A stretch of 64,000 nt of DNA from Camelus ferus (taxonomy: Eukaryota). Positions 1 through 12,935 of the stretch are shown piece after piece (the stretch's first letter is position 1; the number at the start of each line of letters is the position of its first letter). The notes below the pieces were generated by a model. That model ran no database searches. It saw only the letters and a program-made list of their open reading frames with translations, and was not told where the DNA came from. The stretch spans positions 30,692,001 to 30,756,000 of the forward strand of contig NC_045696.1 in NCBI RefSeq assembly GCF_009834535.1, written 5' to 3'. A program made the position numbers and the translations under genes.

Positions 1-514
1 TGTCCTGTTTGGAAAACTCTTTGAGAACATACCCAAGGTCTCAACCCAAGTTCTCTGACTTTCCTCCAGCAAGCCTTAGTGGATATTCAGTGAAGGATGA
101 TCTTTGCCCAGAAAGTTCATTTCTGTTGCAACCTATCATCAGGGATGTACCTCTGTAAAAATTATTTTGGTATACTCACTATATATTATCACAAATATTC
201 CTAGTTTCATTTATTCTGGAGAAATACTTTTTTTCCAGAAATTAAAACATGAAGATGGAAAATTATCTTATTATCCTTCTGCAAACTTTCTGATTTTCTG
301 CTGCTGGAAAGCTGTTTGTCCAAACACCTGTGCAGCATCTCACTCCTTTCTGACCTCTGCTTACAGTGTACTTTCTAAAACAGATTTTTTCCTTTTTATT
401 TGGAAGAAAATTCTCCATCACCATCACTTTGTTCTTTTAACCTCCTTTGTTCTTCCTCATAGCAATTATCCCTACTTGACATAGGCATATTTCCTGTTTA
501 TGGTGTCTGCCCTA

Positions 515-615
515 CTTGGACATAAGCTCCATAAAAACAAAGTATTTGTCTGTTTTGATTCATGGTTGTTCTGCTGTACTAGCACAGTGTCTGAACTTTG
601 TTGAACAAATGAATG
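515..615 (+). mobile_element. L2 LINE 3' end remnant
   Basis: 'taagctccat...tttgtctgttttgattcat...tagcacagtgtctg...gttgaacaaatgaatg' resembles the L2 3' terminus with its (AATG) tail; recognised by eye. Confidence 0.5.
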
Positions 616-864
616 TATTTCCTCCATTAAACACAAATTTAAAGCAAATGTAGAGCTATAAAACCAACCCAAATTTTTGAGTCAACATAAAAATATATTT
701 CAATACATATAAGTATAACGAACTTAGGGAAAAAAGAAAAGAAGTTATAAAAATCATATTCTGTTCATTAAAATGGCATGAACAGGAAACAATAGTTTGT
801 GGACCACAGACACCACTTTGAACTGGTCTGATGTCTATGGACCATTTAAGAAACTTTGTTTTTT

Positions 865-1970
865 CTGAGTGATACTGGAAGCCACTGTAAGGTTTTGAAC
901 AGAGAGGTTTTCAATTTATGTTTTATAAGTATTATTCTGACTACTTTGTAGAGAATAGATTTTGATGGGCAGATATGAAAGCAGCCAAACCAGTTTGGAA
1001 GTTGTTAAAATACTCCAAAGAAGGCAACAGTAACCCAAGTAGTGATCAAAGAGGGAGGTTAAGTTGGAATTATGGACACATTTAGAAGATAGAGCCAACA
1101 GAGCTTACTGATGAACTTTGTAAAATATGAAATATTGAGTAAAATCAAAAATGGATAAAGATTTTGGGACCTTAGTGTGGTGAAATATGGAGTCACCATT
1201 TCCTGAGGACAAATAGGGTAGGAGCAGATTTGGCATTTAAAGGTGAAGAGTCAGGAGTTGAAATTCAACCTTTTACACATTATTGGCTTTTTAGCACAGT
1301 GTAACAAATTGCTGCGAACTTGGCAGCTAAGGAGACCAAGCATTCATTATCCCACAGTTTCTGTAGGTCTGTTAAGTCTGGGCTTGACTTAACAGAATGT
1401 CCTGCTCAGGGTCTCACAAGGCTGAAATCAAGGTGTCCATCACTCTGGAGTTCTCATCTGGAGCACAGCATTCTCTTAAATGTTTATTCAGGTTGTTGGC
1501 AGAATTCTAGTCCTTGAAACTGCAGGCCTCATGCTCTGCTTTCTTGCTGGCTATAAACCTGAGGCCATTCTCAGCTTCTAGAATCTACATACCATCTCAT
1601 GCCAGGTGGTCCTCTCCATGACAGCACAGTAGCTTGTTCAAGACCAGTAGGAGAATCCTCTATGTCAGCTACCAAGCAATCTTACGTGAAGTAACATAAT
1701 CATGGAGTGACTACTCCATTATCTTGATAATATAACGTCATCAGTGGAGCATTGTCACATCACATTCCTAGGACCCTTCACAGTCAAGGCGTGAGGATTG
1801 TTCAGGTCCTGTATACCAGAAAGCGGGAAATTTGGGGACCATCTTAGAATTCCACACACCACAGATGCTTATCTGGTATCTGAGGGGGACCATCAAGTAA
1901 ATAATTAAATATAGAGATATGAAATTCAGAGGAGAGATCTGAGTTGGAGATACAGAATTGAACATTATGT
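865..1970 (-). mobile_element. L2 LINE fragment interrupted by an MLT1 LTR (1283-1863)
   Basis: 'ggaagccactgtaaggttttgaacagag' at ~877 and 'gaaattcagaggagagatctgagttggagatacagaattg' at ~1921 are typical antisense L2 motifs on either side of the LTR. Confidence 0.5.
1283..1863 (-). mobile_element. MaLR solo LTR (MLT1E/F-like)
   Basis: 'tgtaacaaattgc...cacagtttctgtaggtc...ctcagggtctcacaaggctgaaatcaaggtgtc...ggggaccatcttagaattc..accaca' matches recalled MLT1 antisense consensus blocks. Confidence 0.7.
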
Positions 1971-1984
1971 TGGCTATTTTACAT

Positions 1985-2395
1985 TTACCACCCTCTCTTC
2001 CTGTCTTCCTATCTGTATTCTCATTTTGCCATCCTGATCTGTACCATAGGAGACTGACATTTGTAGACAACATCGTTTCCTTCAGCTAATGGAAAGCAGA
2101 GGCTTTCAGAATGGCAGACAGCCTGGACATTTCTCAGCCTGGCTTCCAGCCTTTACAGCCAAAGCCCCTTTTGGAGCACTCCACTTCTGTGGTTCCAGTT
2201 TTTTAAGGATCTGAAGACACCATTATTTCCCATTTTCCCTTCAGCCTAGGGTTTGTAATGGCTTTCCACTCTTGCTCATTCTTTGCATGCCTCCCCATTC
2301 CTTTATCTTTGCCTCTATCCTTTGGTAAATAGCCCTTTTGCTGAACTACCTTTTGCTGCCCCTTTGAATTGCCATCTTCCCCATCAATACTACAA
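1985..2395 (+). mobile_element. ERVL solo LTR, LTR33-like
   Basis: 'cccttcagcctagggtttgtaatggctttccactcttgct...gtaaatagccc...cccctttgaattgccatct' resembles the 3' half of LTR33. Confidence 0.55.
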
Positions 2396-3139
2396 TAGCA
2401 CAGGCATTACCAAACAAAGGGAAATAAAATGACCGTCTGAAACAATTTAATTCACTAGTGGAAGAAATAACATAGTTTCTCAGTGAGCCTCTTTGCAGCT
2501 ATCTGAGGCTGACGTGGTCAGGCTGAAATTAGAGCTCATTATTAAGTTGAGGGATTTTCAAAAAGGCCTTATCAGAGTTCGGTTAAAAGGTGGTATTATA
2601 TCTGTGATATGAAATATACTCAAGAAGCAATTGAAAAACAGAGAAACCACTCTATGAAAGACTTAAAAAAAAAAAAAGAAAAATGCTTCAGATCAGTAAA
2701 CCATCTACATCTTAGGCGCAGATGCTGGGTTAAAGGGTGCTGAATGGGGAAAACACTTAGAGGTGATCCTCAAAGGCCACAGAAAGACTCAGCCCAAGAG
2801 GAATGGCAAAAGAGGAAGTAACAGTAGGGGCCTGCTAAGTACAGATTTCCCTGATCTGTCCTGAGAATGGCAGCCAGTAAGAATGCATTTGGATTTAAAG
2901 GCTGCTCTCAACAATACCTAAATAACCTGAAGTTGCTGTCTTAAGTATCAACGTGACAATATCTAGGTCAGTGGAATAGTTTATGATTAATAAATTGACT
3001 TTCTATTTTAAGACAAATATTCTGTAGCTGCTGCAAGAACATTTCTATCTCCTTGAGAAGGAGGAAAGGTTTGATGACGTTGATTGAGTAATGACAGTGT
3101 GTGTAAATGAGTGTAAACAGTTCAGTTTGACAGTAGTTC

Positions 3140-3330
3140 TAACAGACTGTTATTGGTTTGAATTCTGAGGGTCCCATGTAAGCTCTGTACAAATAATCAT
3201 ATTGCTTAATATCTGTGAGCCTCTATTTACTGATAGTCAAAATAAAAAATAATATTACCCACCTCAATACTGTGTTATGAAGATTATATAAAATAATGCA
3301 TGTTAAGTAATCAGGCACTTGTTGGATTTT
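3140..3330 (+). mobile_element. MIR SINE remnant
   Basis: core-like 'ctgtgagcctctatttac...aataatattacccacctca...gttatgaagatta...ataatgcatgt'. Confidence 0.45.
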
Positions 3331-5359
3331 TAACAAATCTCTTCTGCAGTTTTTTGACTTAAATCATAAAGATAACTCAAACTATGATATAAAAAATGTT
3401 TTTAGGTATTTTGCATGGTTGCCACTGGCAATAAATTCTATAAAAATATAAACAATTATGTACATAATCCTCCATGCAAATGTATTATTTAATTCAAAAG
3501 GGGTATTAGAAGCATTTGCCTTAGTTCAGTAAAGTGATATTTAAAAATAATAAGCACTTGATATGCATTTATATGTAAAATAATTTTCTTTATCCATTGA
3601 CATTTCAGACTTTAGGAATGATTTAAATGGATTCAACCTTTCCTCCATTCATGACCAACATTTATAGGAGCACTGGTCACACCAAATTCATGGCAGTAAC
3701 TAGAGTCACGTGGCACACATGTTATTAAATCCATGCTGCTGCCCCAGTGTATACAATTAGTTTCAAACCTTTATTCAGACCATAAATAATCAGAATAAAC
3801 CTATGGTAGAATTTAGTGAGTTACATTTTATGATGCAGAATTTGAGTCTGCAAATTCTGTAGTGTGTTTCCTCTAAACATACTGAGTACTAGAGTTAGAA
3901 TAATTGCTAATGTAGTATAATTACTAGTGTACAAAGGTACTAGTGTAGAAAATTATCATCACTGATGGCAAGTCCAACCACGGAAGGTCCTGCACCGTAG
4001 TCAATGAGGCTATTTCTTTTATTAACCCTTATATCCCCTGCCATAGAGCAAATCAATACAATGGGATGAAATAAGGGTATATTCATGCCTTCTAAGAGCT
4101 GGAAGTTAAAATGCTTAAAATCATCACAAGTATTTTACCACTCTGTTATTCTAAATGTTCTCATAGGGCCTATATTTATTTTCCAAATTCAAATTGGAGC
4201 TTTATTTTTTTCTATATTGTAAAGTATGAGCGAAGTAAAATTCCACTGGCCTGTTGAAAGTCACTCTGGCCTTTTCCCAGTGGTTTTGTCTCCTGCATTG
4301 TGAACTGTTTTCCCCAACGATGACAGAAATGTCTTTTCCCCTCAGAGATGGAGGAAACAGGCAGAATTCATCAGTAAGTGGAAGAGACCTGACTGATACT
4401 GAGCCAAATTTGGAAAACTGTGCTGAGAAATAGGGAGCTTAACGAAGGATAGAAAAAGTTGGCTATTTCTTGCCTGGGGCTGGGTCCCCAGAGGCCTGAA
4501 TTAATATAAAGAAGATATGGGGGGGAAAAGGTATAGGAACCAATAGAAATTGAGTAAAGATAATCTATTTATAAACAAATTCTCTTGGGTGTGAAACTAT
4601 TACCTTTTTGACTCATGGAGCTATATATTACCCAGTAAATAATTTAGGGTAATTTGTTATTCAGATGTTATCTGACTGTAAATATAATCTGTAAAATTGT
4701 GTACACATACATAGACTTGGCTTTATTATGTATTAATTGAATGCTACCTGAGGATGGGCTCAATAATATCCAAGCAAGTAATTTACCTTTTCAACATATG
4801 GCAGTCGTCTCATGCAAGGGCATAAAGAAATTTGTTTATTTTCTTTTACTCATAAGCATGTGGAATTAAATAAGATTCCTGCCATTGCCCTTTCATCATT
4901 TCTTCATTAATTTAATCATTAAATTATTGCCTGATTACCTCCTGAAAAAAATGCTCAATTATCTTTTGGGACAGCTTTATATAATATTCAGGTTTTATTA
5001 TAAATGGTTAAATTTTCATTTAATTTAATCATAGTAACATTGCCTGTATCATCAGGTTATTGTTAAGGTAAAATCTGAATGTCTAGTTCTTGAGTATTTC
5101 CTTCTGTAACACTATAAAAATACTAAATGAGTAGGATACCTTCGCTAATATGCCTAACTAAGAATTTTCTAAATTGCCTAATCTCTCCTTGCTTACAAAA
5201 CCATTCCTAACTGAGGGAGCTATTTTGCCTTAGAAACAAAAATGTTATGAATGTGATGTAAGAATTTAACTTTTTTGTTTTTAAACTAACTGTCAAGATT
5301 CAGAAGTTTTGGGTCTTATAAATGTTGACAGTAAAGTCCCCTCTTTTCTACTACGTGAA

Positions 5360-5399
5360 CAGGGAGATTTGGGATGACTCATGGGGCTTAAAACAAGGA
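5360..5399 (+). repeat. Copy 1 of a 40-bp dispersed direct repeat (copy 2 at 7526-7564)
   Basis: cagggagatttgggatgactcatggggcttaaaacaagga vs cagggaaaattgggatgactcatggggctg-aaacaagga; exact 20-nt core ttgggatgactcatggggct. Confidence 0.85.
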
Positions 5400-7259
5400 C
5401 AGACAGAAAACTGATCTACTCAAGGGATTCATTCTATTATCTTGGGATACTTTTCATCTAAGACACAGGATTTGGACTCAACTGTGTATACCTGCCCTCT
5501 TCTCACTCCCTGCCCACACAGCTATCTGTGATACCTGCTCTTACACACTGCTTATATGTCTAATATATGAAATATATTTACTGGAAAATATATTCTCTGT
5601 GATTATCTTTCGTAATCCTAACCTAACCTAAGGGAAGGTCTACCCTAAGTTTTTAAAATTATTATCAATGCTTGACAATCTTTGTATTACATTCTCTAAT
5701 ATCATTAAAACCTTAGACCATTACCTAAACTGACATCTGGGAGATTATTAATTTGCAAATGCTTTACTGTTCTTAAAGTTTCTTTAGAAGCTCTTTGTTT
5801 CATTAAGCTAGTCACTGCATGGAATAACTTTATCTCACATTTTACAGTCTCCAAGAATAGTGAAGAATCCAGATATTTGCTAGAATTTTCATATTTTATG
5901 TTCAAGAATTTCTGTGTCAAGGAAGGCAAATACTGCAAGTTTCTTTTTTTGTCATTATGCTCGATTTTTATTTCCTAACAAAGATGTGCTCTTACCTGTC
6001 AGTTTTTCACCTGAAGTGCCCTAGGTGAGGAATGAGAGTGCCCTAAGTGTAACATAAGTTCAATTTCTGTCATTTTGTACAGGCCTTTCCTGGGTAGACT
6101 CTATTTGTACTTCTTCCCATAAAAACTTACCGGAAAGGGGTAGCTTACAGTCATTACTCTTTCCTAAGGGAAACTGAAAGAATCCATGGCAAACACGTTG
6201 CTTTATCTCTCTCCTGGGCTTGAGAACTTGCTTTTCTCTTCTTCGCCATGGCAGTAACAAAACTGTATCTTGATCTTTTCTTTCTGATGCATTTGTCATT
6301 TGGAATTGTTTTGAGGGCTGCTGGATTTTAAACTTGATTCATTGCTAAAGTTGGTTTTTGGATACAAAATTATAGATCCTAAAGCTAAATGTTGAGGGGG
6401 CCTGAGAACAAATGCAGCAATATAATCCTTAAAAATCCATGTGTCAGATTTGGAAGTTTTTACTTTCCTGTCCTACAAAATTTTAAAGTGAGATAATCCT
6501 GGTATCTTTCACATAAGCAGTTTATATTGAAATCATTTTAGGGAGAAATATGTCCTAAGAGAATAATTTAGATTGTTTGGCTGCAGAAAATATACTTTAT
6601 ATGATCCTTTATAAAATATACATATAGCCTAGGGTTTCAGATGATGTCTGTTTTATGAAATGAAAGAATGGTGATCAGGATAATAAAGTTTTTTTTTTTT
6701 TCATTACCAGTGGCATCTTTAACTCTAGAATTGGTGAGTAAGTGACATAATGCTTCATTTGATAGAGAGTGTCTTAAAGTATAAGACCTGAGTCATGATT
6801 TTAGTAAAAAATAAATTCAAAACTAGACTTATTTAAATCACTATTTATAGGAAGTATTTTAGTGATAAGTATTTAGTGATAAATAATAGTTATTCATTAA
6901 TTTAATCCAAAGTAATGGTGCTTTCTTCCTCCCATCGGTTTTTTTTTTTTTTTTTAATTTTTGAAGCAGGGAAACAATACATAAATATCTGCTTCAGAAT
7001 TTGGGGGAAATTTTTCAGCAAATAACAAAAAGACTCAAAATTACAGAAAGCCAAATTGTATATTAAAAGTCCCAAGAATTATTAATGTGGAGACATTTTC
7101 CTTAATAATAACATTATTAATACATCAATATTTCCATAAATACTACTTGATGACTCATATATTGGACTTGCTTAGTGATAAGCATAATGTACTAGAAAGT
7201 GTAGAACTATTTTATTTCCTCAGATTCAAAACTTACTGAACTATTGGCCAGCCATTGGC

Positions 7260-8200
7260 TAGACTCTTGATCAACATGGCAGATTAATCAAATATTCTCA
7301 TCTCCTCAACCAAACTAAATAAATCACATATGAATAGAATTTCTTTAAATATATATGAACAAAAAGGGATTGTGGGTAAACTACAACAAAAAGTATTTCA
7401 AGGAAGAAAAGCCAAGAAGCTCTAACTGATTGGAAGCAACAGAAGAGCTAAAACACAAAGTACTTGCTGAAATAAGTGTGAGAACTCACCTCATAGAGCC
7501 CTGAGAGGCTGAAATCACCAATCATCAGGGAAAATTGGGATGACTCATGGGGCTGAAACAAGGAGCTTGAGTTACATTTACATCAATCCAAATATAAAGT
7601 CACTGTACCACCAAATTTCCTTCTTTAGGATGTGAAGCCGCAAAATTGAAGCTTCTTATCCTCCTCAAGAAAACCTGAGGCAGATCTTCATTAACATAGA
7701 TCCAGAGAGGCTTTTGAATGAGACAGCTAGGCAGAGCTGAGGTCAGGTGAGGGAGTTGGAAGACCCAATAAGAGATGCATGCCAAAGTCAAACTTTCAGT
7801 TTCCTCTACTCAACCTCTAATGTATTGGCATCCAGATACATGCTGTTCCAACAAAGGGAGGATTGTTTGCCTAAGTGAAATGCCCCCAGTGGAATGCTCT
7901 GACATGATACAGTCCTCTTATAAAAAGAGGAAAGACCATTGCTGACAAGACCACCACAAAGCTCATCAGTCACAAACTCGTGGCCATACCTCAGTTGTCA
8001 GTATAATTTGAAAGACAAGGATCACCATCATGAAAACTTTTGCTACAAAATAGGAAATCAGAAGCTAGAACAAACTCAGACAAGAATGACAGGAATAAGC
8101 CTGGAGTAAGAGAAATGGAGTAAAAGTAATGTCTACAATGAGACTTCAATAATTGACAGCATAAAAGAGGAAGAAGAGGATGATGAAAATAGATAGAAGA
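7260..8200 (+). mobile_element. Ancient L1 (L1M/L1ME-type) 5'UTR/ORF1 remnant
   Basis: starts with a YY1-like 'caacatggcaga'; A-rich ORF1-like composition downstream; highly decayed. Confidence 0.35.
7526..7564 (+). repeat. Copy 2 of the 40-bp dispersed direct repeat
   Basis: see 5360-5399; contains ATGACTCAT (AP-1/TRE motif). Confidence 0.85.
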
Positions 8201-10329
8201 CTCTTTCCCAAAGAAGGGTATTTATAAAGGGAACAGAAGATATGATCTGGAGATGTCATTGGGGAGCAATGAGGTCATTGAGCTAATAGCCTAACCCTAA
8301 CATATAAAAAATACATCAAAACACACACACACACAGAGCCTGAAAAAATACCTGAGAAGGCTATTGGGGAAGGTGTACCTGCTGGAATCAGATACTTCTC
8401 AAGTGGTTTTATTTGTGAAAAACCTACAGGTTGACTTACAAATTACAAATCTCCATCATTCCACTAATTTGTGAAAACTAACTATAATGAATAACTTACC
8501 ACATAATGGTACCCCTGAAACATAAGAATTGGGAAAGAAAGAGAAGAAGCAATAGCTCTCTGTATTTTGCACTCATATTTAATATCCTGTTTAGGGTTGC
8601 CTGAATGCTTGCCACCCAGGACAAAAAATTTTTTTTGCCTTTTTCCAATTTAAGTTTTTCTCTAAGATGTAATTGCTCTGAGTTCTAGATTGCAAAGAGG
8701 GCCTGTGAATTTGTGTATAGCAGAACTTCCCAGGTTTAGCAAATCTATAGTTGTTAAGTCTAATGGTTTCCTACATGCCCTCCTGTTGCCTTATTGTATT
8801 ACCAGCATCAACCCAATTACTGGACATGTATTCCCTAATGATTAAAGATGGCTGGGAGGAACAAACATAATTTTTAGCAACTTTAAGTATCTATGTAATG
8901 CATATGGAACCTAGAGAAGGTTTGTGATTTTTAGCAATTTTTTAACAAGGCAATATTTTAACCCATAATAATAATATATTTTGAGTTGCTACATAAATGA
9001 TTCAATCTGCACTTTTTTCGATTCATATAAAATACTATCAACCACATATCTGCACTTCTAGATAAATTTTATTGATTTTTAGAGTTTTACATATTTTCTT
9101 CTGAAAAGTGCAAAAGTGCTACCATACTAATTTGAATACTGCTATATACTTTGCTAAGAACAAATCTACAAGGAAAGGCTTTTGGTGTGCTTGCGAGTGG
9201 GTATGTTTTAGTGTCTGACACAAAAGACTTCTTTCCATTGGTACTGATTATCTAGGGTAATTGAAATGCTTTGTCATCATATCAATATGCCTTGCACTTG
9301 GAGGAAATATATGGCAAAAGTCCATTGTAGCTGCCTCTGAGTATATTGTGTAGAATATATATAAAATAAATTTTAACAAATGAATCAGAAGGCTCACTGC
9401 ACAAAGTTCTTGGAATAGTCTCTAAATATGAAGTATTGAACTAAAGCAAAAAGAAAATGATAAAACCAAAATTCACTTAGTAGAGCTATCCTGGCTTAAC
9501 AGCATAATATCTCAGGACCATTACATAAAAATGCCAGCAAATAAAACAAAACGATAGTTATCTGGCTTGAGAAATGCAAGATGATCACCAGATACTTTCT
9601 TATATACATTTATAGTTCACATGTGGTGCTTGCTTTTGGAAAAATAAAGCAAAACAAATAAACTTTGTTTAAAGTACAACGGACATTTTATTTGATCAAA
9701 ATTATTTTAAAAAATAATACTTTTTTAATCACTAATCTGCTTAAATCAACCAATATTTTAAAAAGTATGACAATGGTTTATCTTTTTCTGTTGCTCTAAT
9801 GCACATCCTTACATTTGAGAACTGAAAGCTCATTTATACTGAAGCCCCATTGGCTGATAATGGTTTTTAATCTCAAAAGAGTGTTGGGTCCATCCAAATA
9901 TCAAACCTTAGGTTAAATGAATAGAGGATTGTCAGCAGCATTTCAGGCAACAGTAGTTTATCACAATTTGCTTTATGTTATTTTATTTAATTTTAAAGGA
10001 TGAGTGTTTATTTTCTGATAATCAAAAGTAGTGTGTAAAATGAGTCTATATTTTGATTCATAAAATATAAGTATTAATATATTTTGTTTCATTTTATTAC
10101 TATAACTGACTAGCTCATCCAAAGCCAGAAAAATGGCTTTAAATACAAGCTGTAGTTGTTTGCTTTTAAAAATTTGATGCTACATTTTTAATTAATAAGC
10201 ATCAACCTTAAAAATTACACTAGGCAGATGTATTTCCATGTAACTTCTTGGATTGATGTATACTTAGCTTTATGTTTATTTGACTAGTCTATTAATGTTG
10301 TTGGGGCCCATTTAATATTGTACTGGAGA

Positions 10330-10665
10330 TTTTTTTTTCTTCCAGTTTTATTGGGATATACTTCACATATAGCCCTGTATATGTTTAAGGCATACAGCAT
10401 AATGATTTGACTTACATACATTAGTAACTACAGTAAGTTTAATGAACATTTATCATCTCATATAAATAGAAAATAAAAGAGAAAGAAAAAAATATTTTTC
10501 CTCATGATGAGAACTCTTAGGATTTACTCTCTTAACAACTTTCATGTATAACATACAGCAGCATTAACCATATTAATCATTACATCTGTAGAACTTACTT
10601 ATCTTAAAAGAGAAAATTTGTACCTTTGGACCACCTTCATCACATTCCCCCTCCATCTTTCTTCC
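10330..10665 (-). mobile_element. L1 3' end (L1MA-like)
   Basis: poly-T followed by 'ccagttttattgggatata...gatgagaactcttaggatttactctcttaacaactttca...tttgtacctttggaccaccttcat'. Confidence 0.7.
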
Positions 10666-11784
10666 AACCAGGTGACCGTGGAACAGAGGAGTCAAAAAGC
10701 TTATATAAACAGAGTAAGAACAGTGTGTACTTTAATCTCCCTTTTGCAGGCCAAACAGTAATATATAGATTGAAAGGAATAACAAGATCATAGAGTCTTT
10801 GTCTAACTTTCTAGTTGGGTTTCTAAAGAGAATTCAACCAGAGAAAAATCAGAAATATGGTATAGTTAGATCAAAGGAGTAGGATAAAGAATGGGTTGAA
10901 AAGTTACTATATGTTCCAAGAGGAAGCTCAGAAGCTGGCTGAATGTTGGCAGGAGACCTCCGTAAAGGGGGTCATTCTAGCTACTGACTGACTTGTGCTG
11001 GAAATCCTTCTGGTGGACTTTCTATCTTTGCCTTAGACAAGGATAGTAGATCACAATTGGATTATTGGCAGACTTTGGGTACCAACACGTCTCCTATAAA
11101 CTAGACAGACATAGAGAGGCCTGCTACAGACACCAGAAGGATATCAAGGGTGGATTCAAAACCTCTGTCCTCTGCTCCATTAGAATTGGTTCATCTGTCC
11201 TATATATCCTGTCAACATCTGGAAGGGAGAGGGAGGAGTAGAGACACGTACAAAAGAGACAGTTTGAAGTTAAAAGAGAAGGTACTCTCTAAAAGGACTC
11301 CATACAAATTGTTAGTATGGTCTGAATTTACCAACTGAACTGAATCCACCCTTCTGCTCTGTGCCTCTAGTTTGATTGAGGTTTCAAGAGGCAACCCACA
11401 TCACCTTTTAGACAATTTTACACATCTGAATATAGTGTGTAAATTCTGCTGCAATATAAAATTTCTACAGAGGAGGGACAAATCAGTTTAATTTATCTAA
11501 TGAAAACAAGAACCAGATGTTCATTTAATAAATATCATTTGCTGCCACATGAATCTTGCTGATATATGTACGATTCCTGATTGTTCTTATTACAAAGTAA
11601 TAGGACTAGTAATTTCTAATTATCTACTTACATCCTTATTATGCAAAAAGTATACTTTAAAAAATTAGAAATGCTTTGGAGTTGAAACAATATGGCCACA
11701 GTATATGTGAGGAATAGGGATGCTATACATTTTGCCAGATATTCAAATTTAGGATTCAGAAGTTTAGTTTAAAATTCAGTAGCA

Positions 11785-12228
11785 TATCCTTTGACAGATG
11801 AATGTGTAAACCAAATGTACTCTATAACTGCAATAGATTATTACGTAGCTTTAAAAAGGAAATTATAACAAATACAACATGAATGAAACTTGAGGACATT
11901 TTGCTAAGTGAAATAAGCCAGTCACAAAAGGACTAATACTGTATGACTCCACTTATGTGAAGTACCTGGAGTAGCCAAATTCAAAGAGACAGAAATTAGA
12001 GTGGGGATCACCAGGGACGAGGAGGAGGCAGTCATGGAGGATTTATTTTCTGAAGAATATGTAGCTGCAGTCTGGGAAGATGAAAAAAGTTCTGAAGATG
12101 GATGGTAGTTATGGTTGCACAACAATGGAATGTACTTAATACCACTAAACTGCACACTTAACAAGTGTTAAAACAGTAAATTATATGTTACATCTATTTT
12201 ACCATAATAAAAAAGGATTAAAAAAAAA
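11785..12228 (+). mobile_element. L1 3' end (L1MB-like)
   Basis: 'gaatgaaacttgaggacattttgctaagtgaaataagccagtcacaaaaggac...gatggatggtagttatggttgcacaacaatg' followed by an A-rich tail. Confidence 0.75.
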
Positions 12229-12869
12229 CAGACTAAGATTTTAAAGAGCCTCTGGAGATTGGCATTTCACTCCACTCTGATGCACTGCAGGAAACCATGA
12301 CCTGGCATCAGAGCCAAGGAAGGGTATTTACCATCAGCTTCTTTGATTGTAAAGTTATGCCGGCTAAGAAAATTCTTTCCTGAATTAGTTCCCCATGAAA
12401 AAACAGTTAAGCTATCTCAGTAATTTGAGAAAACTGAATAATTTCAACCTGAGTAAAAGTTATAGAATTAGTTAAAATTCCCTTAAACTACTTAAGCCTT
12501 TCTTTCTTATTTTGCCCTTGGCAATACAGCATAATCAGACAACCTGCTTTTGGAGAAAGGATTATTTGCATATTTTAGAAAGGATCATGTACAGGTAAAA
12601 CTCAAGAAATGAGTATTAGGTCTAAATTATTTGCTAAAAGAAGGGAAAGGGAGAGAATGTGATTCTATTAAGCTATTGGGAAATGCTCCAGCGACCCCAT
12701 TATTATTTTTAAAAGTGCTAATTCTACTATGATAAATGACCAGAGGGAAATAAGACCCAATCTATGCAGGAGAATCTGAAGGCTTCACAAATAGTCATAT
12801 TTTTAAAGACTTATCTCTTTTGTAGACATTAAAATCAGAGAGGATTTTATCAGCCTGTCAAATGACTTC

Positions 12870-12871
<2 letters not shown>

Positions 12872-12922
<51 letters not shown>

Positions 12923-12935
12923 TGAGAGAGAGAGA
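12872..12935. repeat. (TG)24 microsatellite followed by (GA)6
   Basis: directly visible. Confidence 0.95.

Noticed and set aside
104..484. 126-aa ORF and similar short ORFs in AT-rich DNA
   Set aside because: Non-ATG starts, F/L/I/S-rich composition typical of non-coding frames, and no recognisable homology.
10680..11430. Possible old LTR (ERVL/Gypsy-like) sequence
   Set aside because: Composition is suggestive, but I could not identify termini, a TSD or a family.
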